Of a DNA stretch of 64,000 nucleotides, positions 1 to 12,069 are shown one piece after another. The notes under the pieces were generated by a model. It had not been told where the DNA came from, made no database searches, and saw only the letters and a list, made by a program, of their open reading frames with translations. Position numbers and translations under genes: made by a program. This stretch comes from Perna viridis (lineage: Eukaryota), in contig CM074525.1 in the NCBI GenBank assembly GCA_037379345.1, positions 13,321,275 to 13,385,274 of the forward strand. The letters run 5' to 3'. Positions within the stretch are counted from its first letter, which is position 1. The number at the start of each line of letters is the position of its first letter.

Positions 1-309
1 ACACTACAGAGAGCAGGATCAATTATTGAATCATCCTATAGGGGTGTATGATAAATAATGGAATGAATTTTTTTTTGTCAAACGATAATTATTTCTCAAT
101 GCTATCACACCACCGATTATCAACTGGCGCTCAGCCGCGATTTAACTGCGAAACAGTGATTGCCTCGGAGGCCCAATTCTCAACGCTACTCAGTCTCAAC
201 CGCGTTTGGGTGAGAAATTAAAATTCATGTTGCGCTCACTATACATGTATATGCAAACACAAGTGGCAGAACAATGCATGCATATATATATAATATAGTC
301 TCTGTGGCT

Positions 310-880
310 GTTGACAGCATTGTTGAAGTGAAAGTTTGTTTTCACTGGTTTCGTTTTTGTTTTTGTATTGGTCAAAGTTCTCACTTTATAAATTGATTTC
401 ATTTTTATAAATATGTTTAACAGATTTCGTGATTGTTTTCGGTTCATGCGCTTCGTTTCTTAGTTTACTATATAGTACCCATTGAAAACGAAAGTAAAAT
501 TCAATAACATTAGAATTTCTAGTTAATGACGGCTCTGCGTAATCAAATAGAACGTATTCAAATATAAAACATCAAGAAGAAGTTCATGAACACATTACAA
601 GTGTGGTCGTGTCTTACATGACGGTATATTCTTCTAATTATGTCAACTGAATTTGCAATCAAATGCACATCGAAACCCAGCATTCCCGAAAGGAAGTCAT
701 ACAGTAAATAAAAATATCAAACTCGGATAGGAGAATTTCCGGAAAATGAAAAAGTTAAAAATATATTTAATAAGTAATTTGCATATTTTTACTTCAAGTC
801 AAAACAATAGAATGCAATGAACTATGGTAGCAAATCAATTAAAGGATTCAGAAACAAGATTTAAATTCTTATATCAATCC
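310..880. repeat. Dispersed repeat, copy A (partner at 36570-37135)
   Basis: Colinear similarity in the same orientation, e.g. gttgacagcattgttgaagtgaaag and acattacaagtgtggtcgtgtcttacatga have near-identical counterparts at 36570-37135. Confidence 0.8.
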
Positions 881-1754
881 CTCTCCTGAAACCATAAATA
901 ATAAATATACCATTAACATACATTCAGTAGAATATGTGCAAAACCTGTATAATTCCATTCCGAGGAGAATTTTAGCCTGCATAAGATCCAAGGGGCACCT
1001 GACAAAGTATTGAAGGTAAGTTTCTTTTTTATTTTATCGTTTTATGTATCAGCATTGTATTTTTATTGTACAAAGCGAGACAACTTCGTCATGACGTCCG
1101 CCATTTTTCCGCGAATACTTTTGGCACGAGACTGTACATATAGCGCAGATGGAAAATTGGGCATAGTATTAACACATTAAATAGCAAGCAGTCATGTCTG
1201 AGAGCACGCATAATAATTTAACTCAATTATGGAAACAAAATTAATTTATGATATATTTGCGATAAAAAAAATCCTGGTCCTAAGGGTCTGTGATATATAG
1301 GATATACATGTAGCTTACGGAAGTGCATTTGGTGAATTAGGTGCAAAGTGAAGAGGTTGATATTTAATGCTCTAAGTATTTAAAAAAATGTATTCAAAAG
1401 AAGTACATGTAATTGTGTAATTAAGGTTGTTAATTTGTTCAGCGCACGGGAGTGGAGAGGGCGGTAACTTTTGTTAAAATTGGGTACGCGTGTGTAGCTG
1501 GAGCTGGAAAACACCCCCATTCATATATTTTATTATACCACATCAATTTAAATTAAGAGAATATAAGAGAACTAAGACACTAATTGAAGATCGATTGGTG
1601 ATAATAGGAAAGTTTGTCTTAGCAATAAATTTTCAGCCTCAATGAGAATATGGCCCGTGGCCGCTGCCCTTCCCTATCACCGTTCCTGAAGGGTATTTGT
1701 TCAATTTTTCAACACATGCAATACACCATCTTGACACATGTAGTATGTTTGTGT

Positions 1755-2140
1755 ATTAATATCACTAAGTAACTTGAGACACAACATTGACAGAAATAAG
1801 TGTATTACTGTGTGTAGCCGGAAGGTCAGGTGTCTATAAGTCGTCAATAAAATTCTAAAAAGTATCCCCCCACATTACCACTTATAAATGTACCAACTTC
1901 GAAGTTCAACAAAGGTCTACAAGTCCATTTTGGGACTGAGATGAGAATTTAGGCCTATTTGAGGACTATCAATTCCCAAAATACTGAGAATTTCAATATC
2001 TTCCTCTGTCGTTGAGTAAATTTAGAAAATGGGACCCCTTACCACTTACATGTATGTACCAAGCTCGTAGATAGACTAATGAACCTTGGCTTGGACCAAG
2101 GTCTATTAGTCCATCTTGGGACTGGGATGAATTTGAGCCC
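1755..2140. repeat. Dispersed repeat with internal subrepeats (ccttaccactta...gtaccaa...accaaggtcta)
   Basis: Related copies at 38940-39140 (same strand) and 41200-41460 (opposite strand). Confidence 0.6.
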
Positions 2141-2691
2141 TTACCACTGCATTAGCCGTTGAGAGACTACACAGTATCATGGATTGTCAAACAACAGTTT
2201 GACCCCTAACAAAGTATTGATCTAATGGTTGCAATAGTATACCAAATGTCCCCCCTTTTTATGATGTTTAGCTCTTACCCTCTTTGGTCGACATTTTAAC
2301 TCCGCGATATTTTGACAAGTTGAATAGAACATGCTAAATTTTTTTTCAGACTGGGGTGTAATTAACTCAGCAGGCCGTAATTTATCATAATGGAGGAAGA
2401 AGTAGTATGGCAGGTTAAAAAAATACAACAGCAAGGAAGTTAATACATCGCAGCAGTATGTTACTGTCCAATCATGTTCAGTGATATTTCAACCCGCCTT
2501 TGATAAATCAACTTTTCCACTGTACAATTTTCCCACCCACTCCCGCCAGCTGCAATGAATTATAGCACCTTACAGTTATAAATGTACCCATTGTCATAAT
2601 ACGTTATCCTCCTTCTGCGATGAACCAACTCTATGATAAATTCCCCGTCGTTATATGTTAAGTCCTTGCCCCGATATTTTAACCTACCTCT

Positions 2692-2920
2692 ATCCCAGAC
2701 AGCATACCTACGTTGGACCAACGTTGGTTCAACGGAGTCATTTACGTTGGGCCAACGTAGGGTACCCATTGTTGGCCCATTGTTGTGAGTGAAAAGAGGG
2801 CCAACGTTGGCCCAACAGAGGCAAACAATAGTTGGGCCAACGTTGGCCCAACGTAATGCCAAAACTGACCCAACAAATCCCCAATGTTGGCCCAACATAA
2901 GCCCAACGTTAACCCAACCA
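2692..2920. mobile_element. Terminal fragment of a non-autonomous DNA element with palindromic ttgggccaa/ccaacgttgg subrepeats
   Basis: Begins cccagacagca and is followed by many direct and inverted copies of ttgg(g)ccaacgttgg; the second terminus was not found. Confidence 0.5.
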
Positions 2921-4781
2921 TATTGTCAGACGATTGTTTTTCTTAAGTTATTAGAACATACTATAATTATGTATTTCCTGGTCATTTCGCAGAGTGCTGA
3001 TGCTGTGCACTCCTTCAGAATAAGGGCTCACATTTCTCCCCAGTTTATCATATAATTTTTTTACAGTAAGAATATACCAATGACAAGCTGATTGTAGTTA
3101 ACAAAATTAAAAAAAAAACATAAAATCTATTATAAAATTAGCAGATACTACGAGCATTGGTATACTAATTATTGAAAATTTGCATTTTTTTTTAATTGAA
3201 TAGACATATGATAATATCTGTCACTGTTTTGTGTTTAGAATGAATTACATTGAAAATTTGTATACATTTGTTCAAAATGAAAGATTATTTTTGTTTTGCA
3301 AACCTAATCCGCCGGAGGTCTGGGGGACTTTGATAGTTACAATTAAATCGGCGCTCCCCTATGTGTATGTACCTGCAGTCTCGACGTTTTGTTTGCGACA
3401 CTGAATTTCGAATTGCAAAAAAAAGTCGGAGAGTTTTCTGTTCATTGATTTTATGTGTACCATGTAAATTGAATAAAACACTAACTTGTGCACTGCCTCG
3501 ATGCCACGTGAACTTTTGCGTACTATTTTAAAGATTGAAGTAGTGTCATTTATGCTGAGCATCGTGGCGAAATTTAATTACTAGGTTTAATGTTAATAAA
3601 TAAATACAAAAAAAATTCTGTTTTGATGTGTTGATCCAGGTTTCTTATGTATATTCTATCCCTTTTTTATTCTAAAGTAAATTTTCAAAAGCGACATTAA
3701 TTGATTCAGTACATGAGTACTTTGATTTCAGTACGATCTTTTCTATTAACCATTTCTACATTCGTGCTTTAATGAGTTTGTATTAAAAATTAAGTATTTA
3801 AAAAAAAGTCAACATTTATTTCAACATATTGAAGAAGGACGAATTTTTGCCACCTTGATGTATAAGGGTAAAAAGTCCTGGGTAATAAGCCCTACAGATT
3901 AACTCCTTCCTCATGCTTCAATTATCCTCGATAATATGGCAATTAACAAAATGCTATGCCTACGGATATCAACCAAGTATAAAGTTTGCAGAGCGAATTG
4001 AACAGCGTGAAAGTCAAAATTTTCGATTTTTTCAATGAATGACTATATTTAAAGATTTAAACACTGCTCTAGTGTAAATTCAGTTTTTAACAGGAAGCCT
4101 TTATAATTGTTCGCCGAAAAGAGATAACATAGTTATACAACGTAAACATTTAAAGGGATAAAACATTGACATCAATCTACAATTTCAGGGCTAAATCCAT
4201 GGTTTTAAAATAACTTAAAGCTGGTCTCTCTAGACTCATGGATAAATCTGTAAATGCTTTCATTGTTTTTTTTATTGCATCGGCATCCATGGTATTAAGT
4301 GGTACTGAAATGACCTTCAAAATCATATCTTGTTGATGGTCTAGAATCATCATGTTTCAACTTGCAAGTTGAGCAGTTTGTCAAGCCAGTTCAGGCAATC
4401 TTTTTTTTAAAGCAACTTGTTTTGAATATGTAGAATTTATTAAAATTTATCTGTAATTTCGTCATTTAAGAGGTCCGATTGGGGTAAATTGGCTTTACTA
4501 ATAAATGAAATGTAATTGATAATCTACATGAAAAATTAGATTTCGTCTTTAATTCGCCAGAAAAAGAGATCGAAATAATTTTCATAAATGATGAACTTTG
4601 ATTAAATTCTGCATTGTCTGAAACATGTTCCGAGTGGCTTTTTTATCGGAGTTTTGGTGGTTTCTGAATATGCTTATGAGTATCTGTTGCATACGTGCTC
4701 GTATTGATTTTAATCAATCTAGACTGTGTAGCAAATCCCCGAAATTAGGATTGTTTAAAGATAACAGGTCATATATATGTA

Positions 4782-5275
4782 TAGTGCAGGCGGTGTTGCC
4801 ATAGATGTCACAGCGGTACGAGTTCGAGTCCCGCGGAGGGAACGACCAAAAATTTGCTTCGCAAATTTGACAGTTCTAACATCGTTGGGAATTTTTCAGA
4901 CCCTTCTATAAGTTTACGTTATCTTCCCTGAATCAATTTGATCCGATGGAGCAGTGTAGCGAATAGAGTCGTCACATTCTGAGACGTTGTATAATATTGA
5001 TTTGTTGTGACATGCATCATTAATTTGATCCTCTTTCCTACATAATAACACCTAGATGAACTGTCCCGTACTACCATACATCGTGTACTAAGTTACAGCC
5101 CTAGATTAATCCTACGAGGAGGAATGACCCGGCCTGCGAAAGCTATATTTTTATATAGCCTAGCTGGCCGAGTGGTCTAGGGCGCTGGACTTGGTGCAGG
5201 CGGTGTTGCCATAGATGTCACAGCGGTACGAGTTCGAGTTCTAACATCGTTGGGAATTTTTCAGACCCTTCTATA
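4782..5275 (+). mobile_element. Short element with tRNA-derived direct repeats at both ends, bordered by (TA)n
   Basis: 4782-4910 and 5193-5275 are direct repeats; A-box TGGCCGAGTGG at about 5165; B-box GTTCGAGTCC at about 4822; TA-rich flanks. Confidence 0.55.
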
Positions 5276-5276
5276 T

Positions 5277-5297
5277 ATACTAAAATCTCAGTTTCCG

Positions 5298-5335
<38 letters not shown>

Positions 5336-5356
5336 CGGAAACTGAGATTTTAGTAT
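5277..5356. repeat. Perfect 80-bp palindrome centred on (TA)18
   Basis: atactaaaatctcagtttccgc-(TA)18-gcggaaactgagattttagtat. Confidence 0.95.
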
Positions 5357-5930
5357 CTAGCTAAACAACATTCTTTCTTTCGGATTTGGTCAGCTATGAA
5401 GTCAGTCTCGTAAGAGAGAAGGAATAGGTCAGCAAGTAGAGGAGCACAATTAATTCCCATTTGAATGCCGACCTTTGGTTGAAAAACGTGTCCACCACAA
5501 TGAACAAATATGTAGTCGATTAAAAATTTCAGCATTTTGTAAACATCTTCCTCTGTATATTTGGAAGTTGATTTGGAATTATTTTTCACAAAGTATGAGG
5601 AATTTTTACCAATAGCTGTATTTTTATCTAGGTGTACCATCTTTTTTGGAAAAACTACGATGTATAATGTGTCGAGTCGGGATTTTAATTGAGCATGGGG
5701 AATAGAAGTATACAGTGTTAAAAAATCATAGGTTTTAATGCTACTATATTACGATAAAATTCCTGAACTTTCAAATTGTTCAGGACCCACATTGAATTAA
5801 TATCACTACGGGGGTAACTAGTGTTGTGGTAGGACTGCAGACTCTCTTTGACAGCTGTGAGTACAGAAGTGAAATGTTTTGAAAGAGGTTTGGTGGTACA
5901 TTTTGCAGATCCAGCAATGTAACGTTAACA
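5299..5930 (-). pseudogene. Penelope-like element reverse transcriptase fragment
   Basis: Minus-strand motifs RYIAGSAKCTTKPLS, KTYDFLTLYTSIPH and GIQMGINCAPLLADLFL, then NLSFRYI running into (TA)n; frameshifts and a stop. Confidence 0.85.
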
Positions 5931-6007
5931 TACAATTTTTTCGTTCCCTAGAACCGGTTGAGGTACATACGATTTTTACAATCCAGGAAACAGTTCATTT
6001 ACAGCAA

Positions 6008-6458
6008 TTGCCGTAAAAGGCGACTAAATAGCGTTCAGAAACCTAGCCGGGGGCTAGGCGCTCTGCCCACAGAGCAACTGGGATGTGTGCCCCAGGTGGT
6101 GGAATGGGGTACCCCTGGCGTGTTACATGCTGGGGTTGTCAGGCTATAATACGAAAAACCTGACCGCAAACCATAGTGGTGCACCGTGTTTGGAAAGTTA
6201 CCACGTTCTTCGCACGTTAAAGAACCCTGCTGTGACATTCGATAGGAGTAGGAACCTTTGCGCTCCGCAACAGCAGGCTAAATTGCCCGACCCTACTCAT
6301 CCCTCCCTTTTGACTTGCGGCAATCAAAATTTGTCGACCCTATCATCCGTGTGCCCCATCCCATTTTTCATTTCATGTTCATTTTATCATCCATTTAATG
6401 TTCATCGTCTGAATATAGCTGAAATATTGCTGCTCGGACGTTAAACCCCAACAATCAA
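6008..6458 (+). mobile_element. 5'-truncated bivalve-type SINE
   Basis: Motifs ccgtaaaaggcgactaa and gcacgttaaagaaccc, plus tail atatagctgaaatattgctg...gttaaaccccaacaatcaa, resemble mollusc SINE cores and tails (from recall). Confidence 0.55.
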
Positions 6459-7253
6459 TATTCTGCCGCACTGCAGATAGCATAACCAACATCGTCTCAA
6501 AGAACATCTTTATTCAACAATGATAGCGGTAAAAAGCTACAATAGAAAAAAAGGAACACATTCTAAGTTCACTATTCTAACTAAAATGAAAAGAAAAATA
6601 CAATAAACACAAAAACAAGAAAAAACATATGATTAAACATCATATCTATCAAGTGGATATCCCTCAAATATAGAATAGAGACACGTGTTTCGACAAATAT
6701 TCGACAATAAATAATATAGAACAAATTACCAAGGTGACACTTTTGGCTTTCCGTACATTTTTTAAACGAAAAAAGCGAGGAGAGGTGTAAAACCAAAAAA
6801 TTCAAAATATCAAAATAAATCTCGGTTAAGGGGAAATTAAGGTTGCGAAAATCATATAATTAGGTTTGGGTAAGTGAAATATGGAATAATAACGCAAAAA
6901 TATAATTCATAATCAAAAACCATAAATAGTACCACAAGGCGCTCCATACATTTTACATAAACACATCTCTTAAATTGATCTTCTGGGGCGTATCCTATAT
7001 AATAAAATAGGGTTATAACAATGCTTAATACATAAATATTGTAACTAATAATACAATTTAACTTACATCGTGAGCTATCATAGATTTAAACGAATTGTTG
7101 ATTGTTTATGTCCACGTGGTTTGTTAACATGAGGAAACTTATTATCGGGGAATGAATCATCTATAGTAGAAATCTGACAGGCCTCAAATAATTATCGCTA
7201 AAAAAAGAAAATGTTTAGAATTGAAAAATAAATTGTTACCCGGTAACAGAACA
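6459..7253 (-). repeat. 3' LTR of BEL/Pao element (about 795 bp)
   Basis: Minus strand starts TGTTCTG directly after the purine tract AGACGGGGAG (7254-7263), ends CAGAATA (near-inverted terminus), and has AATAAA near its 3' end. Confidence 0.75.
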
Positions 7254-7359
7254 CTCCCCGTCTGATATTAAACCATTAATGTCACAAATGAACCAAAATA
7301 ATTACAAAATAACACCTATTGAATGTTACAATTCTCTGACAATTGTCCGTGTCACACGA

Positions 7360-8556
7360 TTAATCTACCACCAAAACCATTTCACTACTTGGTCTTGTGT
7401 AAGTCACATTTTTGCCGTCCCTATGAATGCGGACACTAGCTTTTCTCACTTTACCATCATCGCTCTCGATGGCTTCAACAATGATTCCAACAGGCCATTC
7501 ACCTCTATACAGAGTCTTGTCTCGTAATAGAACTACGTCACCAGATTTCAAGTTTTCATTGTCATTGTGCCACTTTCTTCGCTTCTGCAGAGAATATAAA
7601 TAGTCCGACCTCCATTGCTTGCAAAAGATATCTGACAGCATCTTGACGTGTTTCCATTCGGCTCTATAAATGCCTTTCATGTTCAAAGAGTCCACTTAGA
7701 CAGGTAAGTAATCTTGTTTTCCGGTAAAAAGCATCGATGGACTTAGAATTAAAGGCATTTCAGGATCCGATGATATATCAGCAATGGGTCTAGAGTTAAT
7801 GATTGCTACAACTTCTGCTATGAAGGTAAGAAGAGATTCATTTGTCAATGTTTTGCTCGAAGATGTTAAGATAACTAAGTCTAATATTCTCCTTGTCACA
7901 CCAATTAACCTTTCCCACACTCCTCCCATGTGTGAGGAGTGGGGAGGATTAAATTTCCAAACGGACCCGTTTTCACAAAGATAGTTCTTGACGGCTTTAT
8001 CTTCCACATGAATAGCTTCTATGTCTAGATTGTCAGTTGCACCTATGAAATTTGATCCACGGTCAGAACGAAAAACTTTGACCGGTCCTCTAATTGACTG
8101 AAATCTTCGGAGAGCGTTTATGAACGATGAACCTCTCATTGACTCGATAAACTCAATATGTACTTCCCGGGTTGTCATGCACGTAAAAAGAATAGCCCAT
8201 CGCTTACTATTCGATGATCCTTGTCTCGTCTTGTGGGTCAATACGTTCCAGGGTCCGAAGGTGTCCAGACCGACATACGTGAAAGGTGGACCCGATGTAA
8301 GTCTGTCCTCTTGTAAATCAAACATTTTCTGTTCTTGGAATTTTCCTCTAAGCTTTCGACATACTACACATTTCTGAATGAATGAAAATATCAATCTCTT
8401 TGAACCGATAATCCAGAAACCAGCTCTCCTCAAGGCACCCTCCGAAAAAGGTCTACCCTGATGTTTCACAGCATTGTGGTAGTGATCTATGAGTAATTTT
8501 GCGACATGTGAATTTTTCGGAATTATGATCGGGTTGTTTTCCCTGTCGGAAGACAT
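7360..8556 (-). pseudogene. BEL/Pao integrase (Zn finger, DDE core, C-terminal domain)
   Basis: ORFs 7696-8556 and 7360-7695 are in frame and separated by a stop. Confidence 0.9.
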
Positions 8557-10021
8557 CCTGTAGCTTTGCTTAATCGTCCACCAACACGAAGTATTCCTGA
8601 TAAGTCAGGAAATGGTGAAAGCGCACTGATCGATGATCTCGATGAAACGTTTTGTCCTTGTGTAAGTAAGTCTATCTCCTGTGCAAATACCGATTTCTGA
8701 ACTTCCTTTATGACATATTGTTCAGCTTCGTTAATTGCATCAACTGATATGTAATGTTCGCAAACATGCCATCCTTTACATGACTGTCTGTCTGATCGAT
8801 AGTTCCTAGCGATGTGTTTCAACAGCGCTATTCCTTTGAGAAGCTTTTTCCAACTTGAAATGTTCTCGAAACGATAGACGATTGATCCAGAAGTATCAAG
8901 ACTAGTTACGTTTACGTTACATTCCGGCCTCACTTCCTTATCTAGATTCGGAGTTACAAGCGGAAAAGAAGGTAAGAGTCCACTATTACTACCACACATT
9001 TTCAAAAATGGTGTACCATTTAGCCAAGTGTTATAATCGTCGCTTTCCAGATTAGATAAATATCTAGTTCCACTATCGGCTGGATTCTGAAGCGTTGGTA
9101 TTAAATTCCACTGTGACGAGTCTGACATTCTGAGTATACGATCAACTGGATTTGACACGTAAGTATGAAAACGTCTCGTCTTGTTCCCGATATAACCTAA
9201 TACGACTTTGCTGTCACAGAAATACTTGATTGCTCCAAGAGGAATATCCAAGTTGTCAGATACAATACTAGCAATTTCCGTAGCCATGACTGCACCACGT
9301 TCAAGTCGGGGTATCGTATTCCCGCTTGCTGGGCTAAGCTTCGATTTACCCATGAAAAATCCTATATGAAGCTGTCCTTCATCGTCGACACCTCGTAAAT
9401 ACGCAGAAGCAGAAATAGCCTTCTCAGAGGCATCGGAAAATACGAAGATTGTTCATCTCACTGAAGGAGCAAGGAAAATACATGCGTGGAATACGAAAGT
9501 TTTTCAATGTCACAATTAAATTTCTCCATGCAATCCACTTATCTTGAAAGTCCGATGACAAAGGCTTTCTTAGTACTTGTTGCGCTCGTTTAATTAGATT
9601 TACGACTTTATTACTATCCGGCATCGAAAATCATCCACATAGAAGTCTCTACCGATGAACGACTTGACGTCCGGTCCATACAACCGATCACAATTCTCAA
9701 CTGTGCGTCTTAGTCCATATGTAGCCACAGCGGGAGAGGAAGAGTTTCCAAACACATGAACACACATGCGAAATTCAATAAGAGGGTTGTCGGGATTATT
9801 GTCTCTATACCAGAAGAAACGCAAAATATCTCTATCATTCTCATTCACGAAAAACTGATAAAACATTTGTTCAATGATCTTATCTTTCCTAAAACGTAGA
9901 AGAATGCCTAAGAGACTATTTGTTAAATCCGGACCGGTCATCATAACGCTATTTAGAGACCTTTGAAAATTGCCGATGAGTCAAATACGCCTCTTATTTG
10001 ATGTGGTTTGTTGGGGTGGTA

Positions 10022-10838
10022 GAAAAAGGGGGTAAATACCAGCATTCTGTATCATCACTATCAAAAGGGGTAAATACCAGCATTCTTTATCATCACTATC
10101 CAAAAAGGGGTAAATACCAGCATTCTTTATCATCACTGTCCAAAAGGGGTAAATACCAGCATTCTTTATCATCACTATCCAAAAAGGGGGTAAATACCAG
10201 CATTCTTTATCATCACTATCCAGAAAGGGGGGTAAATACCAGCATTCTTTATCATCACTATCCAAAAAGGGGTAAATACCAGCATTCTTTATCATCACTA
10301 TCCAAAAAGGGGGTAAATACCAGCATTCTTTATCATCACTATCCAAAAAGGGGGGTAAATACCAGCATTCTTTATCATCACTATCCAAAAGGGGGGTAAA
10401 TACCAGCATTCTTTATCATCACTATCCAAAAAGGGGGGTAAAAACCAGCATTCTTTATCATCACTATCCAAAAGGGGTAAATACCAGCATTCTTTATCAT
10501 CACTATCCAAAAAGGGGGTAAATACCAGCATTCTTTATCATCACTATCCAAAAAGGGGGGGGGGGGGTAAATACCAGCATTCTTTATCATCACTATCCAT
10601 AAAGGGGTAAATACCAGCATTCTTTATCATCACTATCCAATAAGGGGTAAATACCAGCATTCTTTATCATCACTATCCAAAAGGGGGGTAAATACCAGCA
10701 TTCTTTATCATCACTATCCCAAAAGGGGGTAAATACCAGCATTCTTTGTCATCACTATCCAAAAAGGGGGGTAAATACCAGCATTCTTTATCATCACTAT
10801 CCAAAAAGGGGGTAAATACCAGCATTCTTTATCATCAC
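10022..10838. repeat. About 41-bp minisatellite, 20 copies, inside BEL pol
   Basis: Unit ccaaaaagggggtaaataccagcattctttatcatcactat; copies differ mainly in A/G homopolymer length. Confidence 0.95.
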
Positions 10839-12069
10839 CAATAGGTGGAGCTACTTCAGCTGCTTTGTTGTCGATAATTCTACGCATAAATTCAACAAAA
10901 TGAGCACGTTTCGTCTGGTCCTTTTTGAGCGAAATGTCTAATGTGTGAGCTCGTCTCAATGCCAATTCCTTGTTATTAGGTAGACGTTGACGGTTCGATT
11001 TGAACGGCAATGGAGCTGACCAGTGATCACTAGAGTCTTTTACGTATTCCTTGTCCATCATTGAAACTCCCGATCTTCTATTGACATCCCTACCTTTTCA
11101 TCGTCCTTAGTTTTACGGAATATGTCACCATAGGAAAACCAAGATTCACTTTGTTGTCTTGTATCAACTTCCTTCTTGACAGGTTCTTTCATGAATACAG
11201 TGTTCGCACAAGGTTCAAGCACAAGCTGTGCAGTTCCGTGAAATGTATTTTGACGACTGACAACACTTAAAGCAAATTCTATGGTCTTTCAAAATTTGTC
11301 TCTTCTCATCATAACTTTTGGCCTTGAACACCCTACAAGTTGCTAAACTATGCTTTGATTTGTGTAAAGGACAAAGTTCAAATTCTCCGTTTTCCTTCTC
11401 TCCGACATTCACATTAGTTCTACGATTGAATACCGTAGTTGCACTATGACCATTTCGACGATTTGAAGTTGGTTTCCTGGAATACACATTGTCTATATTA
11501 TGAAAGTTAAATGCTGGGTCGTTTTTGATTGTACAAATTTCTCTGATGAAATTCACGAAGAACGATAACGGCGGAAATGGAACACAATAGTCAGTTTTGT
11601 ATCTAGTTGCTCGAGATGTCCATTTCTCCTGGATGTTGTAAGGCAACTTTTCAACAATCGGATTAATTCCTGACGATGAATCGAAATAAGACAATAAATT
11701 AGCATATTCAGGATTTGCTTTTGAAGATTCTATCTGAACGAGAATTTCCAAAAAAATAACGTGATGTGTCCTTGCCTCCAATTTTAGCGAATTTCTGAAG
11801 TTTACCGTTTCTTTGATAACCCAAATTCAACCAGACACTCTGCGCAATTAAACGTTTTATTGCAAGATAGTGTCATTATCCGCAACAGTTCCTTTTTGGC
11901 CAACTGGCATAAAAGTCCGAAAATGGATTTCACGAAGTAAATATTTGATTTACGAAGTAAATATAGTGACTCAAATAATATTCATAACGGCTACGTCAAT
12001 TAACTTAATGGCATAGAACTGTAAAGGTGTGATATCCGCAACATCGTACCTCAATTAATTTCTTGAGAA

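Larger units (their letters stand above)
6459..11790 (-). mobile_element. Degenerate BEL/Pao LTR retrotransposon, 5'-truncated with internal deletions
   Basis: Order: gag (CPLH...H...C, CFKCC), RT (GPDLTNSL, FGNSSSPA, FYVDD), Pao RNase H/A17 (TIPRLE, DSKVVL, NPAD), integrase (HQG...C..C, GLDTFGP, SDRGSNF, HMGGVWER), DUF5641-like C-terminus; many frameshifts; protease region apparently deleted. Confidence 0.93.

Noticed and set aside
2560-3055. Overlapping ORFs with WANVGPT repeats
   Set aside because: Produced by palindromic transposon subrepeats
5158-5240. Functional tRNA (Leu/Ser type)
   Set aside because: Anticodon arm and acceptor stem do not pair properly and the T-arm is deleted; treated as a tRNA-derived repeat
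10022-10838. CRISPR-like array or repeat-protein ORFs
   Set aside because: No unique spacers and no cas genes; units are head-to-tail copies of BEL pol sequence with variable frame
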